From Fimicolochytrium jonesii (taxonomy: Eukaryota), in contig NW_026515690.1 of the NCBI RefSeq assembly GCF_025526975.1, positions 372,001-436,000 on the forward strand: DNA of 64,000 nucleotides, written 5' to 3'. The translations under genes were made by a program, and so were the position numbers. Shown piece by piece: positions 39,813 through 50,967 of this stretch (position 1 is its first letter; every line of letters begins with the position of its first letter). The notes under the pieces are model-generated. The model worked only from the letters and a program-made list of their open reading frames with translations, had not been told where the DNA came from and made no database searches.

Positions 39813-40689
39813 TCACGCCATGGCGAGAGCGGCCAAGGGCAGGGCGAGAGCGGCAAGGGCGGGGAGGTTGGCAGAGCCAGAGTTCTTGGCGGCCGTTCCA
39901 GTGGCGGCGGCACCAGCAGCGCTGGTGGCGCTGGACACTGCTCCACCGACAGCGGAAGTGATGGACGCGATGGCGGAGCTGGCGGAGGCGGTGATGGAAG
40001 CGACAGCGGAAGAAGTTCCAGCAGTTGGGGTGGTGCCCGCTACCGTGCCAGTCTGAGTGGTGTTGGAACCAGCCGGGGTGGTAGGGGTAGTGCTGTTGCC
40101 ACCGTTTCCACCGGTAAGCACGAAGGGTTCAGAGTAGACGGTGACGGTTCCAGAGGTGATCGCGAAAGTGAATCTAGGACCGGGGGCAATGTTGGGGATG
40201 GTGATCTTTCCCTTTAGGGCGGAGAAGGTGCTGGAGAGGACGGGGGGCTCGATGGCGGTACCCGTGTTGGGGCCGTTGCGCTGGTCCTGAGGAGAGGGGG
40301 GGGGGGGGGGGTGAGCATATTTGATTTGGAAAGAAAACAACACACGCTCGTTTAACGTAGCAGGAACTCTGAACGTACCACGAGCTTGAGAGTGAAAGGA
40401 GCGTCCGTGTTGCCAGGGAAAGGCTCGGGTCGGTTGGGGTCGTAGGTCCAGTCGACGTCGTAAGTCTGACCGACAGCGTAGGTAGCACCAGCAACGTTGG
40501 AGAAGTTGATGGCTGAGAGGGACAGAGTAAGGTCGACGGTAAGTTTCGAGGTCCGGATCACCGACTAGAATCTCGTAGCGGGAACATTTTCCCACGCTCC
40601 CAGTGTGATGGTGAATTCAGCTATGACGACGTACCGTTTGCAGAGACGGAGGCCACGAGGGCGAAGAGAGCGAGGGCCTTGGTGAACAT
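39813..40689 (-). CDS. Secreted Ser/Thr-rich GPI-anchored cell-surface protein; spliced
   Basis: Signal peptide MFTKALALFALVASVS, a beta-rich domain (GQTYDVDWT..FTLKL..YSEPF), an S/T/A-rich stalk, and a GPI-type C-terminus KNSGSANLPALAALALPLAALAMA. Confidence 0.8.
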
Positions 40690-42379
40690 AGCTGGTGGTT
40701 GTGTTGGGGAAGGTTACGGGATGAGAAGTGTGTTGACGTTTGAGTTGAGCGTAAAGTTTGAAATGAGGAAGGGCGGCTGGGGTCCAGTTCTTTTTATGCT
40801 GAGCGGCCGAGGGAAAGCGGGCGGGGCCGCAAGACTTCTTCGGTTGTTGCCCATTAGCCAAGACCTTTCCCCCTTTCCTTTTGGTTGAAAAGTGGCTGTT
40901 AGTAAGTTGGTGCCCCCCCGACGCGGATGGATTGGCTGATCAACTCGTAATGCCAATTTTCCCCGCTAATATTGGTGACCTCATGGATCAATTTGCACAC
41001 CGATAGCGGTCCAAACCGAAAGCCCCTAGCGCTCCCCCTTCCATATCGAACACGAACGAAAACGTAAGCAGGACGCGTCAGAGACACAGAAGGGATGTTG
41101 AATAAATGAGTCACCTGATCACTCCTTTTCCGACCGCTGCCCAATCCGGTGCCCATCGAGCGGCCAATAAATAGTACGGAGTTCGCCCCATCTCCGTCCG
41201 GTTCGACAATCTCCGTTCAGACTCCGCAAAACCAAGGATTCGAAATGGCAGAAACAGCTTCCGTCCAGGTTGCGCGCCACGCCAACTGGAACAACTTCCT
41301 CCTGGGTGCCGTCGCCCAGTTTACGGCGCTTTCCGTCGTGCGCCGCGGCGCGAGCTTAGTGCTGCCTTCCACTGAGCACTTTGCCGTTACATCGCCCTCC
41401 GTCTTCACCTTCGGATACTCCTCAGCGAGCGTCTACAGCGCCTTGGACCCTCTTGGCGGCGTTTCACGTGTTCTCCTTATCACCTTGGCCCTTGTGAACT
41501 TTGGGTAAGGCGGACTTCAACGCTGCGGCCGGATCTTGAGACGCTGGGATCTAACTCCATCTTTTCTTTCCCATGAATGGAAACAGTTTGATCGCCGCAA
41601 ATGCCTTCAATCTCTCAGTCCTCATTACTCTTGGTCTGAAGACCGTCGGCTTGTCGAAGCAGCCCGTTTCGCAGCTGAATCTGCTGCCCCTCGCCGCCGC
41701 CGCCCTGCACGCGATAGAGAATGTTCTCTTCCTCCTCGTGGTCAGCATACCCGCCCACAGTACCTTCCTAGCTGGCCTAGCTGGTACTTTCGGTCTCTTC
41801 AAGGACATAATTGGACTCGGCGCCGTCGCCGTCGTTGCTGCTACTCTTCCCGTCATGGTGTTTGAGTGGGTCAAGGCGATTGGAAACGACGGCAGGCAAC
41901 GGGTGGAGATTAAGAGTCAGTAGATTTCAAACATTAGTCCTTTATGTATTTCTAGAGGATGTTGAAGAGGTGTCAGCAGAGAGTCTATTGACTCAGGGAG
42001 CTGCCCTTTCTTCTTTTTGGGCAAATATCACTTGCTAAATTATCCGCTCAGAGTTTTGAAATGTGTGATGAATTGACCGAGGCCGCCGAGAATGGCAAGG
42101 GACGAAATCAGGCTGGGAATTTACGTATCCGTATACATAGCTAGGGACCGACTGACGGGTTATTCCATGGCCTAGGATCAGTTGTATTCTGTTGTGCGGA
42201 CTTTCGAGCCCAAAAAAACCGATTATCCATTCAACATGCGTCAGTCCAACATAGTTGCATGTCCAAAACTGGTCCTATGAGTACCTAATACTGTTCTATG
42301 ACTAGAAAGTCGCAGCGGGGGGTATCAATCACAGATGCAACCGAGCGACCAAAAGGTCCTACCTCTACTCCGGGAGGTG

Positions 42380-44207
42380 CTAAAAAATTGCAAATTTCGC
42401 CACAATAATCGCAGGCACCAGCATAACCAGCGCCGGCGATGCAGCCAGGGCCATCTTCGCATAGGTAACAGCCGTGGGGGTATCATCGACATATGTTTGC
42501 TGCGCATTCTTCCAATACGCGGCAAACGGCGACGTATCCGTGACCGTCCCCTCCCCCGTGGTCGTCGAGTCCAGCACAGTCAGGTTAGTCTTCAGACCCA
42601 CCCCTCGCGCGGCGTCGGCGAACCCGGTGCGGTTTGTTCCCCAGTCGAAGACGGTGTAGAATTTTCTCAGGAACCCGTTGCCGAGAATCGCCGAGACGGG
42701 TGGCATCTCCGGGAAAAATTGGGTTTTGATATCATCGTTGCCGATGAATACGCTTTGAAGCATGTTTCCGTAGTTTTGCGAGTTGATTAGGTAGTCGTTT
42801 GGGCCGATGGTCAGGTGGACGGGCTGGCCGCCGCTGCCGACGAAGGAGAGGGTAATGTCCCCGCATTGTGATAGCGATGACTTGTCCACGAAATAGTAGG
42901 TGCTTCCGTCCCTTTGGTTGACTATCCGCTGCGCATGCGGTAGGTATTGGTGCAGGTCGTCGGCGAGATCGATGGGTAGAATCCCGTATGATGTCCCCTA
43001 CATAAGTAGCAAGCAGATGGTCAGATATACGCCACCCCCTGATACGTCTTTATCCAGAAAACAGGCAGAGAATTCCTACCGTGTCAAACACCGAGAGGAA
43101 TTTCTCCGGCCACGCGGCGGCATATGTGCTCGTCGAGTTCTTATAATTGGCACCGATAGTCAACCCTTGAAACCACATATTCGGCAGCCCCCCCGATCCA
43201 TCCCGCGCAAGCCCAAAGGTAGGAATCCACTGCAGCGCTCCAGAAAACCGATTGGTGTCCACTCCGCCCATCGTGATGGCGCCTTTTGTGCTTTGCGCAT
43301 CGATGTAGTAACCCATAGATGGACTGCTGATCCCTTTTGACCACACCAGGGATTGGAAGAAGGTGGTTGGATATCCCTGTTGAGGGTAGCTGATGGGATT
43401 CCCAGGCACGGATGAGTAGTGAGTCTTCCTGGTGAGCAAAACCACAAACTTGCACAGCATTAGGCACCGTGCATACCTGCATCCCATAATACCTTGCAGT
43501 CCGCTGGTATCACTTGTAGCTGTCACCTCCATGAATTTGAGGTTGGAAACGGAAAGACCTGCGATGGTCACTTTATCCTTCGCATACGTCCCATTGGTCT
43601 GGGTGCCATCAGCATACGACGCCGTGGGTGCCTTGACGTTTAGATCCGTATACGTGGAAGACCTTACACCGTTGAATTTGGGTATGGACGAACTGCACCC
43701 TGTGCATTTTGTGGATCGCACCCATAGCTGGTATGACCCGGTATCAAACTGATAGCATCTGATTGCGTCAGAAAGCCTTCCCTTCGTTGGACCCGAACCA
43801 TCTTCGCTTCCACACGCTCACCAGCAATGAGAAATTCTGTGCAGTTGACGGACTCGAGCTCGTCCCGAAGGTCACAGTCCCGTAATACGAGAATATCGGA
43901 TCCAATCCCCCTGAGATGTCCTCGCTAATCATTTGCCGTCTCTGAAGGTAATCGTGGTCCAACGGGTGGGGGAAGGTGAGGTTTTTGAGATTCCGGTGAT
44001 ACCGTGGTAATATTGGGTTGTCCAAGGGTATACTACGGAGGCCGATGAAAAGGTCGTTAGGAGATGGGTGTTGAGCCGCATATGGACGCGTACAACTTAC
44101 TTGAACGGGACCGCATTAGCCGGCGGCACGGACCCCGCTCCTACAACTGCCGCTGCCCATAGACACACCGAGGATATCAGGAGGACGAAGGACCGCGGTA
44201 TTGTCAT
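42380..44207 (-). CDS. A1 (pepsin-like) aspartic protease, secreted, with a hydrophobic C-terminus (yapsin-like anchor); spliced
   Basis: Signal peptide MTIPRSFVLLISSVCLWAA, YYGTVTFG, FDTGSYQLWV, SYADGT, a second FDT|GTS and ILGNGFLRKFYTVFDW. Confidence 0.9.
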
Positions 44208-44695
44208 GTTTGGCGATGTCTTTCAGATTGTCTCCAGCACAGCGTGGGAATGTGGTTACCGCGCCGAGATTTTGTACTTGGCACTTCACTTCGAAGACTA
44301 TCCATCTTAGCGAGTGTTGAGGCTGATAGTCCCAGGTGGTAGTTGGCAGTGCCTTGAAAGGGTGCTTTGAACGGCTCATATGCGCCTTTGCGCCTAGAAG
44401 CCTTGTTTGGCTTGGCGAACAAGGTGTTTGTTCAAGGTTCACCCGAAAATAGTAAGTTCTCCATCGAAATCTAGGTGCGCAGAACGGTAGGTCGGTGGCC
44501 AAGGCTCGCGTTTACGTTCCAAGCTATCCACTGCATCTTACCTGAAGCACACAGGAGACGAAGGATAGGAGGAGACACACCCATCTCTAGATCAGGTCGG
44601 TATGTCTACGGGCTCGCCGGAACTGAGACCGGTGAGCGGGACGTCGAGACGCGTGAGGTCACCACACTCACGGACGGAGTTCTGACAGCTCCGCC

Positions 44696-45367
44696 GTGCG
44701 CTGGACAGTCTTTAACCAACAAGAAAGGCAGCCACCCCTACTGTACGAGGCTTGGCCGAGTTGGCACAACGCGCTCGTGTTGCTGATATTGCTGGCAACA
44801 GCAGCTCCAAACGCCCTTGCCAGACCCCCTTGCCCGCCTACCGAATCTTCCTCGACCACTGACAGCGGCACGCCTAAAGGAACCGCAACATTAAGATTCT
44901 GGCCGTACGACCGGTCGCAGGCTGATTATATGCAGATAGCCACTACCGGATCTCTCTTCTTCGTCGTACCGCGCGGAAATCATTGTTGATGGGGAGTCTA
45001 TTGCTAGCTTCGCCGGTGGCTTTTGTACCGTATCGCCCATCGTAACCGTCCCACCGTTAAGCTTATGACCATCAACTTCACCTGTCAGAACTTTTTCAAG
45101 AACTGCCGTTTCAATATGTGGGCAAATATTTGGCCTGTCGTATACCGCCCATACAGATTCGACAATTGCCAGAGGTGCGAGTTTCGGACCCAGCAAAGGC
45201 TCGATGGGGTGGCTTTTTGCATCAGTAGCGTAGGCTACCCGTACTATGGCCCGTACTGCCATGAATGCCAACCGTGGTGGGTAACCAGGCCCGCTACACC
45301 ATCACCTGACGTACCCCGCCTAAGCCTGCCACCCAGCGTCTCGCCGTCGAAGTTCTCGGACGTGTGA
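44696..45367 (+). CDS. Possible small secreted Cys/aromatic-rich protein; start not resolved
   Basis: Signal-like ALVLLILLATAAPNALA followed by a probable second exon rich in C/W/Y (NCRFNMW..NCQRCEF..FCISSVGYPYYGPYCHECQPWW). No in-frame ATG identified. Confidence 0.3.
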
Positions 45368-45563
45368 GGTCACCGCTGTCCATAGAGCGACCGGACAGTG
45401 GACAGCTCGTTTCGCACGAATGAGATGTAAGCCTCCTTTCCCAAAATTGACTTTTCATTCATGTATATGCATCAGTTATGCATTGCCATGACCGGTATGC
45501 AATTTGTTGTCCGTCACTCCACCACTAAAAGTCCAAAGCACTCGGTTTTTTGGACCGAGCTTG

Positions 45564-48500
45564 CTACCGCGCAGAGGTACGATTTCGCTCGCTTTCCTCT
45601 TCCATCAACATCTTGGCCTTGATCTTCTCTTCGTTCACTTGTACCTTTGATGCGAGAGATGAAAGGGTTAATATGTCACTGAAGATGAGAAGTTCCAGTT
45701 GGCCTATTTCAGTCGTCCGCCTTACATTTTGTGAATATTTGACAAACTTGCGGTTGGTTTCCCGCCTCCTCACTGCTTTCAGGTACTTTTCTCGAAAGTA
45801 CAGCACCGTGTCTACGTGGGTTTTGTACTTGACGGCTAGTTCCAATGCCCTGGAGAAGTTTTGCGTACATCAGTTTCTGCGTATGCCTTCATCCCAGACG
45901 GTAAGGCCTCACCTCTCCCAATCGAATAATGCAATCCACATCTTGATAGCTCGGTACGTCATGTTCGCCGAGAGCAATATATTCTCCGCTTCCGTCGGCC
46001 GCCTCCTCAGCAACGCCAGCTCAGCCGCCCTCCCTTCCGCGGTCGGAATGTCGCGTATGTACACAATATACCGCACTTTGGAAACCTCGTCAATCGCAGC
46101 ATAGGCCACTTCCGCGGTGTTCAAATCCTGTCCATTCACCGCCATCGCGGCAAGACAACTCCAAAGCTCCTTCGTGTTTGCATATCGACACAACCGCAGC
46201 GCCTCCTCCCACTGCTTCTTGCGAACATGCTCCTGCAGCACCGCGGGTAACGGCGTGATGTTGCTCACAGTGACCAACGTCCCGTCCGCGCGTCGCAGGG
46301 TACACTGCGTCCCATGAAAGCTGACAATCTGCGCATCCTTCCCGAACGCGCTTCCATCCTTCTCAAACTTGGTAAGCGGGGCGATATCCTCGTCGACAAA
46401 CACGACGTTGGGGTAGAACCACACGACGAATTTGTAGTCCATCATGGCGACAAGAAGGTCTGCTTCGGAGTTCCAGGCGAAACTTTCGATCATTGTCCCG
46501 AGCTTCTTGAAGTCGGCGCGAACGACGGTTGTGATGAACATGTCGCGGTTTCTGTCGACGAGGACTAGTTGACGGGTTCCGGCGGATGAGGATTGGTTCA
46601 GGCCGATTTCGGCAATATCGACGTGGTGTTTGACGCTGCCTTGACCCAAGGGTCGACCGGAGTGGGTTTCGAATAGGAACACAGCTGGAAGGGATGCCAC
46701 TGATTAGCTTCGTTTCGTAACACCCAACGGCGGACTTGCATGTAACCAACTCTTCTCATCGGCCTTATCACGAATCGCCAACACATCCGTAGATATGGAA
46801 AGAGTCTGCGGCGTCACGCATTCAGCTCGCAACCCAGGGTATTTTGGCTGACTGATCAGACGCCCTTCATATGAGAAAATCTGTATGCCAGTGACCGTAT
46901 CAATCAATGCAAAGGATCTACAGACGGAGCGGGTTTGGCGTTAGAATGACCACACCCAGCATCACGACCCGCAAAGGGTTGGGTGCTTACTGAAGGCATT
47001 GCTGAAGGCAAGTCACTCGACCGCCACTTGACAAATCGATGATGGCCGGCGTGTTCCAGTTGCGCTCACTATAGATGTGGCATTGCGTCGATGTTGCCAC
47101 AATCAAATGGCCGTAGCCTAACACTGCCTTTACAACCCGATCCCGGAATTCTACAGATTGAGGAGGTTGATAATAGTTCATCTGCATCTATCTCTTGTTT
47201 GACTACTTACCGAGGTTCTCAGAGGTCCCCTGTACAACGTCATGCACGAGCAGCCGGTGATCATCTAGGATTGTAGCTTCGTAGTTCTTCCATTCAAACC
47301 GCCTAAAAGAAGGCGTGCTCAGGGACATGTACTTGATTGCCTGCTTTGCGAGCCGACATCACTTACCGATTGATGACATGCCCAAATACTACCGCCCCCG
47401 AACCCCCAGCACAAGCCATCTGCGTGCCATCTGGCGTCCATGCAATGCCAAATATTGATCCGCTTTCTGGCTTTTCCATAGCATACGACCACTGGACGGA
47501 ACCGAGATATCAGCACTCGCTCTCGTTGCCGGAAAAGTTTGCCCTCCGCGGCTTACCCCCAACTTGTCGCAGACACGTATCATATTATACGACCCAACTG
47601 CAAACATCTCGCCGCTGGGATTCCACGCGATCGATGTGATGGGATGGTCGTGGGCGCTGCTCGAGTATAGCTGCCGGCCAAACGCATCCCACACCTGATG
47701 AACCAATGTCAGATCAGCAGCTGCGCCTCCTGTCCTTTCACTAGCATCGACCAGTGTGTGCTTACCTTGTACTTCCGGTCTTCCCCCGCTGATAGGATAA
47801 GCCCGTTTACCAGGCTCCAGTCAACCTTCAATATGACACCTTCGTGGGCTTTCCACTGTTCCAACGTGAGAAACGGAACTGCCGAGTGCGAGAGCCTGGG
47901 CAACATATCTTACCTGCTGAGGCTTACTCCCAGCCTGAAGTGACTTGATGATCAGATTTCGTCCGTTGGTCAACAGGAGCTGGTCATTGTCGGGCGACCA
48001 GGCTACGGAGTATATCGGATAACTCGTTTGTATGATGGCGGATCGCAGCATGCCGCCTCTGGACCAGATCTTTGCATGGCCATCTTCACCGACTATATAT
48101 TGCAAGCGGTTTTCGTAAGCTCGTCATCCCTCCCTCGTCCCCGCTATGGCTGCCACCTTCAACCTCTCACGGGCGACCTACTAACCTGTTACCAGCGCGG
48201 ACCCCTCATAGTTCCATCGCAGTGATAATATAGCGCCGGTATGTGCTTCAACGACCTTTTCCACGCGTCCATTCTTTGAGCAAAAGTAGAATTTGCCTAG
48301 GAAGCCCACCGCTTTTGAGTTCCCATGCCTTCCAATGACGTCCCTTAGCGAAAGGCCAACCCACCATCTGTTCCAGCCAGGGCAAAGCTCTCCGCAGTCG
48401 TTTGGCCGCCCTTCCCTGGCGCTGCCGGAACCCAGTGTATCTCACTAGCGTGCACTTCCTGGCCCGACGTTTGCCCATCGAAGACGGCCAAACTCTGCTG

Positions 48501-48795
48501 ACCGACAAAATCTCCATCTCCCGACCATCGCAACACCTGCCGATCGTCCCTAAACATCAAAATGTCATTCGGCTTATTCGACGATATTACAACGGGCATA
48601 GAGTCAGCATAGCATACCCTATTGAGAATAGCTCGTTGTTGCCTGTCCAATTGACTGATGTGACGATGTCGAAATCTAAATTCCCAACGAATAAGAGAAG
48701 AGCTTAGTGAGCGAGAGTACATGATGGCGTCCCGTTGCAACAAATAAAATCGACTCACGCCTGTTGGTCTGCTCTTGATGGATTTTTAACTTCAT
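45564..48795 (-). CDS. IFT80: Intraflagellar transport protein 80 (IFT-B); multi-exon
   Basis: MKLKI.., [92 protein letters not shown] and [10 protein letters not shown]. Confidence 0.96.
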
Positions 48796-49380
48796 CGCGC
48801 CCGACGGTGTACGTTTGCCGCCCTCCTTTCTCCCAACTATAATCCTATTTCTCGGTGTCTTGCTTCGTAGGTCTGGCCAGTATCAGAGACTCTTGAATGA
48901 GCCGAGCCACAGCTGATGCTTGTCGGTCCGCCTCAGGCTCCGGGGACTTGCCAAAGATGACGGGGCCAAAAAGGCAAGCTACAGAATATAGGGAGGGCTT
49001 TCTTTCCAACCGGAAGTCACAAGCTTGGATACTAGACAGTGGATGAACCGGCGTTCCTGTATAGCTTCGTCAGGCGCTGCTCACTCCGGAAGCCACTTCC
49101 CAGCTGTGCGGATGGTGCAGAACCGAGAGCGCGAAAGCGCGTCGAAGGGAGAAGCTTACCTAACGCACAGAAACGCGGAACGCGTCCGTCAAGACGAAGG
49201 CACATCGTCTTGTTCAATGAACACTTCTCAGATTAACACACTTTGGGCTGGAACATTCTCCTCGTCCAGAGCATATGTTTAACTACCCACGCCCACCAGC
49301 TCAGCTGAGTCATCCTGGATATCAGCGCCACATGCTCACGTAATGCAACGCGACATGTCCGAAGATACTCGGCGCAGATT

Positions 49381-49461
49381 CGATCTCCGCTGCGTTCCTG
49401 CTTTTGCACAAGCTTGGGGTCGAATCTTTGTATTACCGGCAGCTAGCGCAGCCTCCCATCT
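49381..49461 (-). repeat. Ngaro split direct repeat B2 (81 bp)
   Basis: Identical by eye to 49636-49716. Confidence 0.95.
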
Positions 49462-49490
49462 CTATTTACATGCACGGAGAGGGTGGGTGG

Positions 49491-49635
49491 GTAAACGAAT
49501 CTATGGCTTACGCTGAGCGGGATGGGAGCGAAGAGAGAAGAGGGAGAACGAGGAAGGAGCTATTTAGGGCCTTTTCCCTCATAAGGTGGCGCAGTCACGG
49601 CTTACGATCGATGCCCTTCACTGCATGAATGGAAA
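49491..49635 (-). repeat. Ngaro split direct repeat A2 (145 bp)
   Basis: Identical by eye to 54278-54422. Confidence 0.95.
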
Positions 49636-49716
49636 CGATCTCCGCTGCGTTCCTGCTTTTGCACAAGCTTGGGGTCGAATCTTTGTATTACCGGCAGCTA
49701 GCGCAGCCTCCCATCT
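49636..49716 (-). repeat. Ngaro split direct repeat B1 (81 bp)
   Basis: Directly abuts A2 and is identical to 49381-49461. Confidence 0.95.
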
Positions 49717-49750
49717 GTGCTGCCGGTCGTTCCTAGAAACTGAGGCCCCA

Positions 49751-49980
49751 AGCGGGTAGTAAGCGTGGCAACGGGGTAGCAGGTGGCAGCGGGTAGCGAG
49801 CGTGGCAACAGGGTAGCAGGTGGCAGGGTAGCAGGTGGCAGCGGGTAGTGAGCGTGGCAACAGGGTAGCAGGTGGCAGAGTGCGGCAAGCATTGTAGCGT
49901 GGCGAGCGTGGCCTGTGGCGATGAGGCACTTCTATTGATAAAAGGTGAGCATGGGTAGCGTGGCGGGCGAGCGTGGCATG
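49751..49980 (-). repeat. Minisatellite (about 37-bp units) in the 3' UTR of the Ngaro element
   Basis: agcgggtag(t/c)(a/g)agcgtggcaac(g/a)gggtagcaggtggc occurs three times, plus partial and degenerate copies. Confidence 0.85.
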
Positions 49981-50040
49981 GCAGTAGCAATGAGGAAAAA
50001 GCTCTGTTGATAAATATGATACAATCGCGCGGTAGCTACC

Positions 50041-50967
50041 CTAGTTCCCGTACACAGCAGCTGCGAATAATAGGGCGGGGTGAGCCCGGATATACCTCTC
50101 GAATGCATCGCTTGACCATCGGCCGAGTTGCTGAATTGTTTGGAATCTGAAGCCCGAGAAAGCAAGCTGCGTCGCTCCCCCAGCCCGAAAGCTACTCGCT
50201 CCCGTCCCAGGGCCACACACATGGTTCCAGATCGTCATGAACCACTGTGTCGTCGGTATTGTGCCATCCTCCAGGATCCAAAGGGGTTCCTCCGGTGCCG
50301 CTCGTTCCCTAGCTCGTAGTACTGCTTCCAGCGCCTTCACCGCACATGTTGGCGAGCCTGGTACCGGGCGAAGAATTAGATGCTGCGCGTGTATGGTGTA
50401 TACCTTGGGCTTCGGTACTCGGATTGCGAATCCCTCCGCCCCTGGTAAGCTGATCCGTTGAACATGGGAAATGCGAAGCATTTCCGCCGTCGTTTTCTGA
50501 GTTCCATCCGTAATCACTTCCCGGCGGCGCGCCAGTCCCCAAAAGGCAGCGCAAGCGATGGCTCGAGCGACGAGGAAGTTGTGCGTAGCGGGCAGGGTGT
50601 TGACAAAGTGAGTGAGCATATGAAGAGTGACCTCGGGGTCCTGGCGGGTTGTTTCTGGTGGTGCCTGACGGCGGGTCATCGAGAGACGTCGGTTAACGAA
50701 TTCGTTTTTGTAGAGGTGGTCGAAGGAGTGGCCGAGAGCGGTGTGCATATCTTTGAGGGCGCTGAAGTATTTTCTGAGAGTGTGGGCCTTGATTTCGCCG
50801 CAAAAGACTCGGTCGAGTTGAAAAGAAAGGTATAAATCGAAATTGATAGCGTTGATAGGAAAGAACGAACCATCATCATTCCGCCAATGATGATGCTCCG
50901 CAAGGCGAACGTACGCGGCGCAAATGGCGCTGTACGACGCGTTACGTGGGATGGCTTCGTTAAACAT
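50041..50967 (-). CDS. Ngaro ORF3: tyrosine recombinase (308 aa)
   Basis: AFWGLARRREV (R), KPK (K), CAVKAL, SSFRAGGAT (box II) and LGRWSSDAFERYIR (W, catalytic Y). Overlaps the RT/RH stop by 8 nt. Confidence 0.93.
   Translation of the reverse strand: MFNEAIPRNASYSAICAAYVRLAEHHHWRNDDGSFFPINAINFDLYLSFQLDRVFCGEIKAHTLRKYFSALKDMHTALGHSFDHLYKNEFVNRRLSMTRRQAPPETTRQDPEVTLHMLTHFVNTLPATHNFLVARAIACAAFWGLARRREVITDGTQKTTAEMLRISHVQRISLPGAEGFAIRVPKPKVYTIHAQHLILRPVPGSPTCAVKALEAVLRARERAAPEEPLWILEDGTIPTTQWFMTIWNHVCGPGTGASSFRAGGATQLAFSGFRFQTIQQLGRWSSDAFERYIRAHPALLFAAAVYGN

Noticed and set aside
41149..41923. Hydrophobic-looking plus-strand ORFs
   Set aside because: Probably antisense to a stop-interrupted charged frame; no supportable product.
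49751..49880. CRISPR-like array or RFX X-box half sites (GTTGCCAC) near IFT80
   Set aside because: Tandem units without unique spacers in a eukaryotic TE; only half-sites, with no full X-box.
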